A stretch of 64,000 nucleotides of DNA, from the NCBI GenBank assembly GCA_029250605.1, contig JAQXEZ010000006.1, positions 11,535-75,534 on the forward strand. The letters run 5' to 3'. Source of the stretch: Candidatus Thalassarchaeaceae archaeon (lineage in GTDB: Archaea; Thermoplasmatota; Poseidoniia; Poseidoniales; Thalassarchaeaceae). Positions 7,610 to 15,259 of this stretch are shown in pieces; the first letter of the stretch is position 1, and every line of letters begins with the position of its first letter. The notes beneath the pieces were generated by a model. The model was not told the origin of the DNA. It worked only from the letters and a program-made list of their open reading frames with translations, and searched no databases. Position numbers and translations under genes: made by a program.

Positions 7610-8737
7610 TTGACTGGAGAAGGGGGCCGGAAAGAGATTGACAACCCGCTTAGTGGGCGTTTTGGCAGGAGGTTCGATTCGGATGAGATTGGCCTTGCAG
7701 ACTCGCTTCCATCTAGGTTGAATAGGCTAGCAGACCTGAAATGGCATGATTGCTGGATGCAGCAATTGCGGTCTGAGAAGAAGAGTTCCCACACTATCAG
7801 GGCATACGATGTTGCAGTGAGGTCATTCTCCACCACGTCTCTTCCCGGTGAAGATTCCATGAGTTGGGAGGAAGCGTCAGCCACCCCTGTCAGGTCTTTC
7901 CATCAGTTCGTGGACCCCAACAATGGAAGGATGGATGCGTGGATGAATACTCTGGGAGAGTTGAAACCCTCAACGATCAATGCAAAAATTGCGGCTCTAA
8001 CCCATCTTCTGAAGTGGTTAGGGCACACCGTTCCAGATTGGATACAACGCCCCACGAGGAGCCGTTCACTTCCGAAGACCCTCGGTAGGAGGGAGTTGGC
8101 TAGGCTTAGAAAAGCCGTAAGTGAGTCTGAAGACCCCCTGGCCATGCCGGTCTCCACTCTGATGCTGGACACCGGTCTGAGGGTCTCAGAGCTTTGTGCA
8201 CTCGATATCGACGACATAGACAAGGAGGACCTGTCTGCATTAGTTATTGGAGGAAAGGGGGAGAAGGACCGAACCGTCCTGTTCACGCAATCCTCTGTCG
8301 AGGTGTTAGAATCTTGGGAGCCAATTAGGGAAAGAAGGCTCAGCGATGTCGATGACAACGGACTCAGGGCAGTGTTCGTATCCAGCAGAGGGCGGAGGAT
8401 CAATCCCCGTTCGATTCAGAAAATGATGGACAGGCTTGCCGATGCAGCTGATATTCCAAAGAGTCGTTTGAGCCCCCATACACTGAGGCACACGTTCGCT
8501 ACAGGACTATTGGAGAGGGGAGCAGACCTGGTTACCATCCAGAGGCTCTTGGGGCATTCGAGCATAGCTACCACCAGAGTTTACCTTGAGATAGGGGACC
8601 AAACACTCAGGGAGATATACCATAGGGCTCAGAGGAACCCCCCTGCTTCCGGAGAGCATCAAGTGGAAGAGGAGGAAAAGGAACCCTCTGCCAAGCCGAG
8701 CGAGAAGATAGTTGAGAGGCCAGTCACCAAGCGCTAG
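7610..8737 (+). CDS. Tyrosine recombinase, XerC/D (archaeal XerA)-like
   Basis: The catalytic set is present: LRVSE (Arg), GKGEKDR (Lys), HTLRHTF (His-x-x-Arg), GHSSIATT (His), RVYLE (Tyr). The start (TTG 7610) is uncertain. It has an unusual Glu/Lys-rich C-terminal tail. Confidence 0.85.
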   Translation: MTGEGGRKEIDNPLSGRFGRRFDSDEIGLADSLPSRLNRLADLKWHDCWMQQLRSEKKSSHTIRAYDVAVRSFSTTSLPGEDSMSWEEASATPVRSFHQFVDPNNGRMDAWMNTLGELKPSTINAKIAALTHLLKWLGHTVPDWIQRPTRSRSLPKTLGRRELARLRKAVSESEDPLAMPVSTLMLDTGLRVSELCALDIDDIDKEDLSALVIGGKGEKDRTVLFTQSSVEVLESWEPIRERRLSDVDDNGLRAVFVSSRGRRINPRSIQKMMDRLADAADIPKSRLSPHTLRHTFATGLLERGADLVTIQRLLGHSSIATTRVYLEIGDQTLREIYHRAQRNPPASGEHQVEEEEKEPSAKPSEKIVERPVTKR

Positions 8738-9822
8738 TCTGAGAAGCTCACATTCCAACCGTACTCGTCCAAGTGGAACCAGTTGACGATGAACTCATCA
8801 TCCTTGTACCCGAACCATGCTCGAGTCGGCACGATACTAGTATAGCGCTCATGTTGAACTCGTTTAATCGTGTCAGATATCTCCGAGTCGAGATATCTGA
8901 AGCCTTCCCACAGCCTGCCTTTCTTGATGAGGAATTTCTCATTCGGTGGCTGCTCTTTGAAGTGCATCCCCCTCCAGAGAAAATATGGCCATCCATCCGG
9001 ATCTTCCAGATCTGCAATCTTCCCGAACGAACCCCTCCTCGATGGCCGACTATCCACTAAGTGACTGACAATAGGGAGTTCCGACCCATCCCTGCCCAAT
9101 CTCAGGATGATGTAGGCGCATGTGTGATATGGTGAATGCGGAAATCCATCCTTCGGGAGCATCAGAGGGCGGATGGCACCGAAGTCAATCTCCTGGAAGT
9201 CGGAAGTTAGTCGGACGTATTCTCGCAAACCTTCCTTCCCCCCTTTGTGGAGTACTTCGATTTCCCCGAACTGACTCATCCAATCCTCATCTGCCTTTAT
9301 CTCGAGAATAGCATTATCTAGAGGCCAGTCCCAGAATGTCATTGACCTCTCAATTTGAACCGGCGTGCTCACCCCAGATAGATTCGAGCTCACGCTCCCA
9401 TCGAAGGAGCTCGTGAGTCCAGCGTTAATTCGAGCGATTATTGGAGTGCCAGCATTCCTCACCTCAACATCCGCTTCCAATTGCATAGGCGACTTGAGCC
9501 TCTCACTATCGAATCCGAAAACTATGGAGAACTTGTTTGGCTTGGAGAAGAGCTCCTCACTTGTGATCCTCAGAGCATCGTACCTTTCTCCCCTCTTCTT
9601 GGAAACAATTTCTACGTTGACTAGAGGGGCCCTCCCTCCTTCCAGACCCATCACCTGTGCTGTACAGGTCAAATCTGGAAATCTATCTGAGAGGAAAATC
9701 TGCTCGAAGAAGAAATCAGCCACATATGGGTCGATCTCTATTGAGTTCTCACCGACGTCGACGATGCATTTTATTCGCCCTAGATTCTTACCTGAATCAT
9801 CAGGCACTGATGAATTACCCAT
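8734..9822 (-). CDS. Hypothetical protein (362 aa), no recognisable domain
   Basis: A long ORF with coding-like composition, convergent with the recombinase gene (4-nt overlap). I recognise no motifs. Confidence 0.55.
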   Translation of the reverse strand: MGNSSVPDDSGKNLGRIKCIVDVGENSIEIDPYVADFFFEQIFLSDRFPDLTCTAQVMGLEGGRAPLVNVEIVSKKRGERYDALRITSEELFSKPNKFSIVFGFDSERLKSPMQLEADVEVRNAGTPIIARINAGLTSSFDGSVSSNLSGVSTPVQIERSMTFWDWPLDNAILEIKADEDWMSQFGEIEVLHKGGKEGLREYVRLTSDFQEIDFGAIRPLMLPKDGFPHSPYHTCAYIILRLGRDGSELPIVSHLVDSRPSRRGSFGKIADLEDPDGWPYFLWRGMHFKEQPPNEKFLIKKGRLWEGFRYLDSEISDTIKRVQHERYTSIVPTRAWFGYKDDEFIVNWFHLDEYGWNVSFSD

Positions 9823-9852
9823 CGATTCGGGGTGGGGCTGTGGGTCTTAATC

Positions 9853-10047
9853 TCACCTTCTGGCCGGATTCTTCTTGTTGGTCCTCTTTGCAACCGATTC
9901 TGGCCCCTTCCACTGCCTATTGGCTCCTTCTTGATACCCCGGATGTCCTTCGATTGGGCAGTGCTTCCCTGCCCTGCACCTACTGCAATTGTCGAATGGT
10001 GGCCTCTCGACGACCTTCTGCAGCTTCCCGTACTTCCTGCGTGGCAT
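9853..10047 (-). CDS. Possible small basic Cys/His protein (64 aa)
   Basis: ATG 10047. The sequence is MPRRKYGKLQKVVERPPFDNCSRCRAGKHCPIEGHPGYQ...KRTNKKNPARR, containing CxxC-x4-HC. It is Lys/Arg-rich with AAG/AGG codon choice like neighbouring genes, and ends 30 nt upstream of the 362-aa ORF. The overlapping plus-strand reading is Leu/Pro/Trp-rich and looks like antisense noise. Confidence 0.35.
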   Translation of the reverse strand: MPRRKYGKLQKVVERPPFDNCSRCRAGKHCPIEGHPGYQEGANRQWKGPESVAKRTNKKNPARR

Positions 10048-10125
10048 ACAACTGTTCTAGAATGGGAGGGACTTAGGGATTGCCATACACGGAACGTTGA
10101 ACCATTCGTGCTATTTGTCGGATTC

Positions 10126-10884
10126 ATGCGAGAGGGGGAGGGAGAGGTTCCCGAGCCAGAAGGGGTGAATCCGCAGCGTTCAGTCCTGTATGCACAGGTG
10201 GCTAGTTCGGATCCAAGGATGGCCTTCGACGAAGACGGGGCCATGCAACAGTTCGGCACCAGAGGATCGTTCGGCAAGGTCTACTTGGGTGATGTCGCCA
10301 GGGCATCATTGCGATCTCTTGGGACTCACGATCCACCGGTATTCACCCGGATGCCGAGAGTTGACGAGCAGAACTGGGAACTATCCTGTGAAACGGACGA
10401 GGTCAAGATGACGATTTCCAGCAGTCACTACTGGGGCTTCGGTCTTTTCGCGAGGTGCTTCCTAAACAGGATTGTCATGGAGGGTTCGCTTCCGACTAGG
10501 GCCAGATGCGCAATGGACATCGTTTCCTCCCTGGGCAGAAACCCTTGGGAGCCTATACGGGTAAAGGCGTTCGAGAGAGCCACATCAGGCTCGATGACGG
10601 CGCATACCTCCAGCTGGGACAGCCTGATTTCACTAGCTAGGGAGAGCATGAGCGATGACATCACCAGGCTCCAGGACTCTGTTCATCGAATGAGGGGGGT
10701 GGATGAAGCTGGAGACATGCATCTCGATTCCGCTGATGAGGCCCTGGAACGTGCAAGGGAGGCTCTGTCTGACAAAAACGCCCCCGCGGTCGACAGAGCG
10801 TTGAGCAGAGCTTCCAGCGCAATAGTGAGAGCCGATCCTAATTCTGACTTGGGGAGCATGGAGAGGGAGCTTCTGGGGAACTAG
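10126..10884 (+). CDS. Hypothetical protein (about 252 aa)
   Basis: The ORF-track ORF is 9832-10884. I place the start at ATG 10126 (or 10219) because the first 98 codons look non-coding. The C-terminal third is helical and charged (DSADEALERAREALSDKNAPAVDRALSRASSAI). No family recognised. Confidence 0.45.
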   Translation: MREGEGEVPEPEGVNPQRSVLYAQVASSDPRMAFDEDGAMQQFGTRGSFGKVYLGDVARASLRSLGTHDPPVFTRMPRVDEQNWELSCETDEVKMTISSSHYWGFGLFARCFLNRIVMEGSLPTRARCAMDIVSSLGRNPWEPIRVKAFERATSGSMTAHTSSWDSLISLARESMSDDITRLQDSVHRMRGVDEAGDMHLDSADEALERAREALSDKNAPAVDRALSRASSAIVRADPNSDLGSMERELLGN

Positions 10885-11087
10885 AGTCCCAGAGTATCCC
10901 ACATCCACTTCCAGACGTTGTTTTCGGGGCTTGGCTCGTTGGCCAGATAAACGACTACGCTGAAGACTACGCAGACGAAGTAGACAGTGCCCTTGGAGAT
11001 CTGAATTGCATCCTCCGACTCCTCGTCGAAGTACCTAATCAGACCTGCAGCCTGCTGAATGCCGCTGCCCTTCTTCTCCTTAGCCAT
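10881..11087 (-). CDS. secG: Preprotein translocase subunit Sec61beta (archaeal SecG)
   Basis: MAKEKKGSGIQQAAGLIRYFDEE followed by a single C-terminal TM (VYFVCVVFSVVVYL). This is the archaeal Sec61beta signature AGL[IM]RY.DE. Confidence 0.8.
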   Translation of the reverse strand: MAKEKKGSGIQQAAGLIRYFDEESEDAIQISKGTVYFVCVVFSVVVYLANEPSPENNVWKWMWDTLGL

Positions 11088-11136
11088 CTGAGCACCGCAC
11101 CTACAATCCCTATTTCAAGTCCACGAGAGTGGGAAT

Positions 11137-11505
11137 CTATGGTTCTAGCGTCTCAATGAGGACGCAACCACCATCCAACTCCACGATCATGGAAGCTGCT
11201 CCCATTGCTGTTTCAAGCCCCTCGGTCATCAGAATCTCCCTCCTCATCCCTGCGTCTGACTGGAAGACCAATCGATGGCTGAGCTTGTCCAGTACATCCC
11301 TATCGACGACCTGCCAAGTCCACTCGTTCTGGTCCACCGTCATCAGGGCCTCGATAGGCTTGAGGGGGCCTGTTGCCTTGCCGAAGTTTCGAGCCCTCTT
11401 CACCAAATCGCCTAACTTCATCTTGGTACCGATCTCATCTGTCTTTGTTGGTTCTGAGGACTCGTTTGAGATCCTCCTTCTATATCCGAATCGTGTCATG
11501 TGCAT
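11137..11505 (-). CDS. Hypothetical protein (start uncertain)
   Basis: The ORF extends to 11724 but would overlap the divergent methyltransferase gene. Internal ATGs lie at 11505, 11499 and 11421. No family recognised. Confidence 0.35.
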   Translation of the reverse strand: MHMTRFGYRRRISNESSEPTKTDEIGTKMKLGDLVKRARNFGKATGPLKPIEALMTVDQNEWTWQVVDRDVLDKLSHRLVFQSDAGMRREILMTEGLETAMGAASMIVELDGGCVLIETLEP

Positions 11506-11649
11506 CCCTTGCGACAAATGCCGCAACACTCGAGCGAGTCGAGCGAGGTTTAACCGTTGTTGGTGCTGACTAACCTCAGGAACGCAATATTCCGGTTGTT
11601 TTGGAATCCCAAGGCTCAACGTGCACTTGATGGAGGGGCATTCGGACGC

Positions 11650-13302
11650 ATGGTCGTGGAGAGCAGAGAGAGGAGTTGGAGGGAAGAGGCAGAAAACAGC
11701 GTCCTTCTGAAGGCCGTTTCTCACTGGCGGGAAGACCCCAAGTCATGGTTTGCGGGTTCCTACGACAGGCTCCCAGAGACTCTGAGGGTCAATCCACATA
11801 GTCCGGAGAAGGAATGGGTCGAGTCTTGGCTGGATGAGATTGGGGCCACTAGGATTCCGTGGTTCTCCGGAGCTGGAAGCGCGTGGGAGATGCCATTCGA
11901 GAGGGGGGCAGCGGTCGGTGAAACCAAGAAGATAATGACTGCTCTTCACGACACTGGCAGGGTTACTCGACAGGAGGCGGTGTCTATGCTGCCCGTTCTC
12001 GGTCTCGCCCCTTCTCCAGGAGAGTGCATACTGGACCTTTGTGCCTCCCCTGGTTCCAAAACTACTCAGATTTGCGAGCACCTTGGGGACTCTGGTGCAG
12101 TAATCGCGAACGAAGTAATCAGTGGCAGGGTGAACACCCTCGTGACAAATGTTCAGCGGCATGGTTCCAGATCTGCTGTGGTAGTCCAACATGATGGACG
12201 CCATTTTCCGAAAGTCCCGGGGGACGGTTTCGCCGGAGTCCTGGTTGACGTTCCGTGCACCGGCTCGGGCACCACAAGGAAGAATCCGGATGTTTGGAGC
12301 AAGTGGCGACCCTCTTCCGGACGATCCCTTCACTCACTGCAATTCGATATTCTCAGACGTGCGATAGCAGTCACCAAGTCCGGTGGCAGGATTGTCTACT
12401 CGACCTGCTCACTAGACCCAGTGGAGAACGAAGCTGTTGTGGCCAGGGCATTGGCCGACGGGAAGGTTAGAGCCGTTCCAGCCAGAGAACTACTACCAGG
12501 TGTCCCCTCGGAGGATGGGGTGAGTGACTGGCCATGCCTGGATGATTCCGGCGTGTTGTCAGAATGGGACCCTCTCGAGGAGAACCTGATGCCTCCGCAA
12601 GACGGGGCGATCGCCTCCCAGTTGGGGAACTGCCTCAGGGTATGGAACGATGCTATTGGAGGCGGGGGATTCTTCCTCGCTGTTCTAGAGAAGACGCCCA
12701 AGCCGGGAGTGGGCGTAGAATCGGTTCGAATCCCCGTCCCATCGCCAAAACAGTACGTTGACCCGGATTCGTCCCCGCGCCCGATTAGCCAGAAGCGGAT
12801 AGCTGAACTCGAGAGTGAGTGGGGCTCTTCCCCAAGCAGCATGTGGTCCAGGGGCAAGAGCCTGCTATGGTCTACCGACGAGGTGAGGGGGATTTGGGAA
12901 TCAGACAGAACTCGAAAGAGCGGTAGAGAATTGATTCCAGGAGGGAGATGGAGGCCGCTGAAAGTCATCCACCTCGGCCTGATAGCGGCTAGGCTACGAA
13001 AGGGAAATCTGGATAGGGTCGTTTCCAAGGCATCCCACAGACTACGTGAGGAGGTCTCTGGGCCATTCTTAGACGTCGAAGACAGAGTGATCGATGACAT
13101 CCTCGGAGGGGCAGAGCCTCACCGGGATACTTTGGAGGCACTTGGCGATGAAGGGCGTGGTAGTCGGATTCTGGTTGGCCCGGATGGGCACTGCCTCGCA
13201 GTGTGGGTAGGTAGCAGAGTCACTCCCATGGTGAGCGAGTCAGAGAAGACAGTCATGAGAGCAGCCAGAGGTTTGTCAATCGACCCACAAGAAGAGGAAT
13301 GA
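11650..13302 (+). CDS. NOL1/NOP2/Sun-family RNA cytosine-C5 methyltransferase
   Basis: Start moved to ATG 11650. SAM and catalytic motifs: ILDLCASPGSKTTQI, DVPCTGSGTTRKNPDVW, GGRIVYSTCSLDPVENEAVV. It has a long C-terminal extension. Confidence 0.85.
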   Translation: MVVESRERSWREEAENSVLLKAVSHWREDPKSWFAGSYDRLPETLRVNPHSPEKEWVESWLDEIGATRIPWFSGAGSAWEMPFERGAAVGETKKIMTALHDTGRVTRQEAVSMLPVLGLAPSPGECILDLCASPGSKTTQICEHLGDSGAVIANEVISGRVNTLVTNVQRHGSRSAVVVQHDGRHFPKVPGDGFAGVLVDVPCTGSGTTRKNPDVWSKWRPSSGRSLHSLQFDILRRAIAVTKSGGRIVYSTCSLDPVENEAVVARALADGKVRAVPARELLPGVPSEDGVSDWPCLDDSGVLSEWDPLEENLMPPQDGAIASQLGNCLRVWNDAIGGGGFFLAVLEKTPKPGVGVESVRIPVPSPKQYVDPDSSPRPISQKRIAELESEWGSSPSSMWSRGKSLLWSTDEVRGIWESDRTRKSGRELIPGGRWRPLKVIHLGLIAARLRKGNLDRVVSKASHRLREEVSGPFLDVEDRVIDDILGGAEPHRDTLEALGDEGRGSRILVGPDGHCLAVWVGSRVTPMVSESEKTVMRAARGLSIDPQEEE

Positions 13303-13396
13303 GTGTAATAATCTGCTCAAACGAGCATTGATAATGGCATTTGACTAGCATATGTTCATGGGCCGCGCAAGCAGAACATGATGCCCCGGTGATAGT

Positions 13397-13840
13397 ATGG
13401 ACGACGTAGACAGGAGGATACTCAGAGTTCTAGAGGCCGATGCTAGGACATCTCTCAGGAAAATTGCCGAGGAAGTCGGAGTAGCCCTCGGAACCGTCAG
13501 CAATCGAGTCAGGAGGCTTGAGAGGCTAGGGGTTATCCGAGGGTACACGGTTCTGCTAGACCCGGACAAGGTTGGATGGGGGTTGAGCGTGGTTATCGGG
13601 CTACGGATAGAGAAGGGGAGGCTTATCGAAATCCAAGAGAAGATCGCCAAGGACAACAGGGTCTACGGGGTCTACGACGTAACGGGAGACTACGACTCGA
13701 TGGTTCTCGCTAGAGCCAGGGACAGGGATGACTTGGACAACCTCACGAAGAGCGTGATGAGCATTTCGGGCATCGAGCGCTCCTTCACCCACCTTGTTCT
13801 GAACTCGGTCAAGGAGATGCCTCCCTCGATTCCCGAATGA
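13397..13840 (+). CDS. Lrp/AsnC-family transcriptional regulator
   Basis: N-terminal HTH (DDVDRRILRVLEADARTSLRKIAEEVGVALGTVSNRVRRLERLGVI) followed by a RAM-type C-terminal domain. Confidence 0.85.
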   Translation: MDDVDRRILRVLEADARTSLRKIAEEVGVALGTVSNRVRRLERLGVIRGYTVLLDPDKVGWGLSVVIGLRIEKGRLIEIQEKIAKDNRVYGVYDVTGDYDSMVLARARDRDDLDNLTKSVMSISGIERSFTHLVLNSVKEMPPSIPE

Positions 13841-13846
13841 CCCCCC

Positions 13847-14371
13847 TCATTCCAGATCTGACACCAGACGCCGCACCAAGGGCCCGAGTGACGGTACATG
13901 CGGCAGTAGGGACTCAACTGTCCTACCCTCTGGCTTCATTGCCCTCAATAGGGTGTTTCTGAGGTTTTCATCAACGGGTGAGTCCATTGCCATCAGTCGA
14001 TCTCTGAGAGCTGTCTGGATCCTACCACCAGTCCTATCCCAGTCCATTAGCAGGATTACAGGTGGGCCTCCGTCGGAGGTTCGGACGGTACAGTACTTGG
14101 AGTGCAAGTATGCTACCATCCTAGGGCGATCCCATCCCCTGTTTATCTTCTCAATCGGTCCTGTGAATCCCAACCCTCGGAGGGTTTCCTCGTCCCGATT
14201 TCCCTCCACTACGACGGGGACACCGGACCCCCCTTGGTCAACTGTCCTGTTTCTGACGAGTGCTTCCGCAATCGCTCTCGATGCCTTCTCGAACCTAACG
14301 ACTATGTCTGCAGAGCCCGCTATCCTCTCCCTCTTCGATTCCCAATCCGGTAGTCTGAATTCGTCGGACAT
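13847..14371 (-). CDS. Small Toprim-domain protein
   Basis: VVVEGNRDEETLRGLGF (Toprim Glu) and VILLMDWDRTGG (DxD). The size and layout resemble small archaeal Toprim proteins. Confidence 0.5.
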   Translation of the reverse strand: MSDEFRLPDWESKRERIAGSADIVVRFEKASRAIAEALVRNRTVDQGGSGVPVVVEGNRDEETLRGLGFTGPIEKINRGWDRPRMVAYLHSKYCTVRTSDGGPPVILLMDWDRTGGRIQTALRDRLMAMDSPVDENLRNTLLRAMKPEGRTVESLLPHVPSLGPLVRRLVSDLE

Positions 14372-14514
14372 CTAAACCCCTCCAAGAGCCCATTAGTAGC
14401 GTTTTTGCTCATCCACTTCATTGGCATGATTGACCATAATGTTGGGGCATCAAGCAGAAGACTTACCCGCGACCCTTATGAATTGAATTTACCCGCGTAC
14501 AGTTAGAGATAGCC

Positions 14515-15249
14515 ATGTCAGTGATGACTCCCATCTTCGAAGGTCTGTGGGATCACTACATTTTGTGGTCGGTAATCGTGGGCGCGATTGCTTTCGGGTG
14601 GCTCTATCACCACTCGTTCTGGTTTACCTCAAAGGATGGGGAGAAGTTACCAAACGTGGATGGAATCGAGGTTGGGGTTTTCCCCAAGCACAACGACGAC
14701 ATGCGTCTAGAAGTCGCTTGGACAATCCTGCCATTCTTGCTGATTGTGTGGCTGACCTATTACTCGTGGGAGCCTTTGGATGCCATGTGGACATCGGCGG
14801 ATGGCGGAATACACGGCTACGAATGCGATTACGATGACCCGGAATACACCGGTTCGAATAACGAAATGGACTCGAACGGCATAATCTCGTCTGATTGCTA
14901 CCATGTGATTGAGATCACGGGCCAGCAGTGGTTCTGGAGCTTTGACTGCCTTGAGTTGGAAACCAGCCTCTGTGACACCGGTACCGAGAGTATGGAGGTT
15001 TACGGAAGCGTCCCGGTCCTAAGCCTGAAGAAGGGCGAGACGTATTTCGCGGTCATGGATTCGATTGATGTCACACACGCTCCATGGTTCCAGCACCTGG
15101 GCACCAAGGAGGACACCGTGCCCGGGCAGCAGACCACCCTCTGGCTCCCAATTTCTGATTCAATGACCGAGGAGTCAATGGTTCTCTGCGCGGAGTACTG
15201 CGGGGACGCACATTCGATAATGGCCGCGAAGCTGGTGACGCACAACTGA
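14515..15249 (+). CDS. coxB: Haem-copper oxidase subunit II (CuA cupredoxin)
   Basis: Two N-terminal TM helices. The CuA site is CAEYCGDAHSIM (nt 15187-15222) with an upstream DVTHA His. No fused cytochrome c domain. Confidence 0.9.
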   Translation: MSVMTPIFEGLWDHYILWSVIVGAIAFGWLYHHSFWFTSKDGEKLPNVDGIEVGVFPKHNDDMRLEVAWTILPFLLIVWLTYYSWEPLDAMWTSADGGIHGYECDYDDPEYTGSNNEMDSNGIISSDCYHVIEITGQQWFWSFDCLELETSLCDTGTESMEVYGSVPVLSLKKGETYFAVMDSIDVTHAPWFQHLGTKEDTVPGQQTTLWLPISDSMTEESMVLCAEYCGDAHSIMAAKLVTHN

Positions 15250-15259
15250 GGTTAGAACT

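Noticed and set aside
7531-7884. 117-aa minus-strand ORF overlapping the start of the recombinase gene.
   Set aside because: It overlaps a well-supported gene, and its composition is Ser/Leu/Arg-rich and antisense-like.
7610-8737. Tyrosine recombinase as the integrase of a prophage or integrative element.
   Set aside because: There is no adjacent tRNA att site and no flanking direct repeats that I could see. There are no capsid, terminase or replication genes. The motifs fit the chromosomal XerA type. It is kept only as context for the orphan genes next to it.
9832-10125. N-terminal 98 codons of the 350-aa ORF-track ORF (MGLWVLISPSGRILLVGPLCNRFWPLPLP...).
   Set aside because: The Leu/Pro/Trp-rich composition is unlike the neighbouring genes. 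It overlaps a better-looking basic ORF on the other strand. I treat 10126 (or 10219) as the start.
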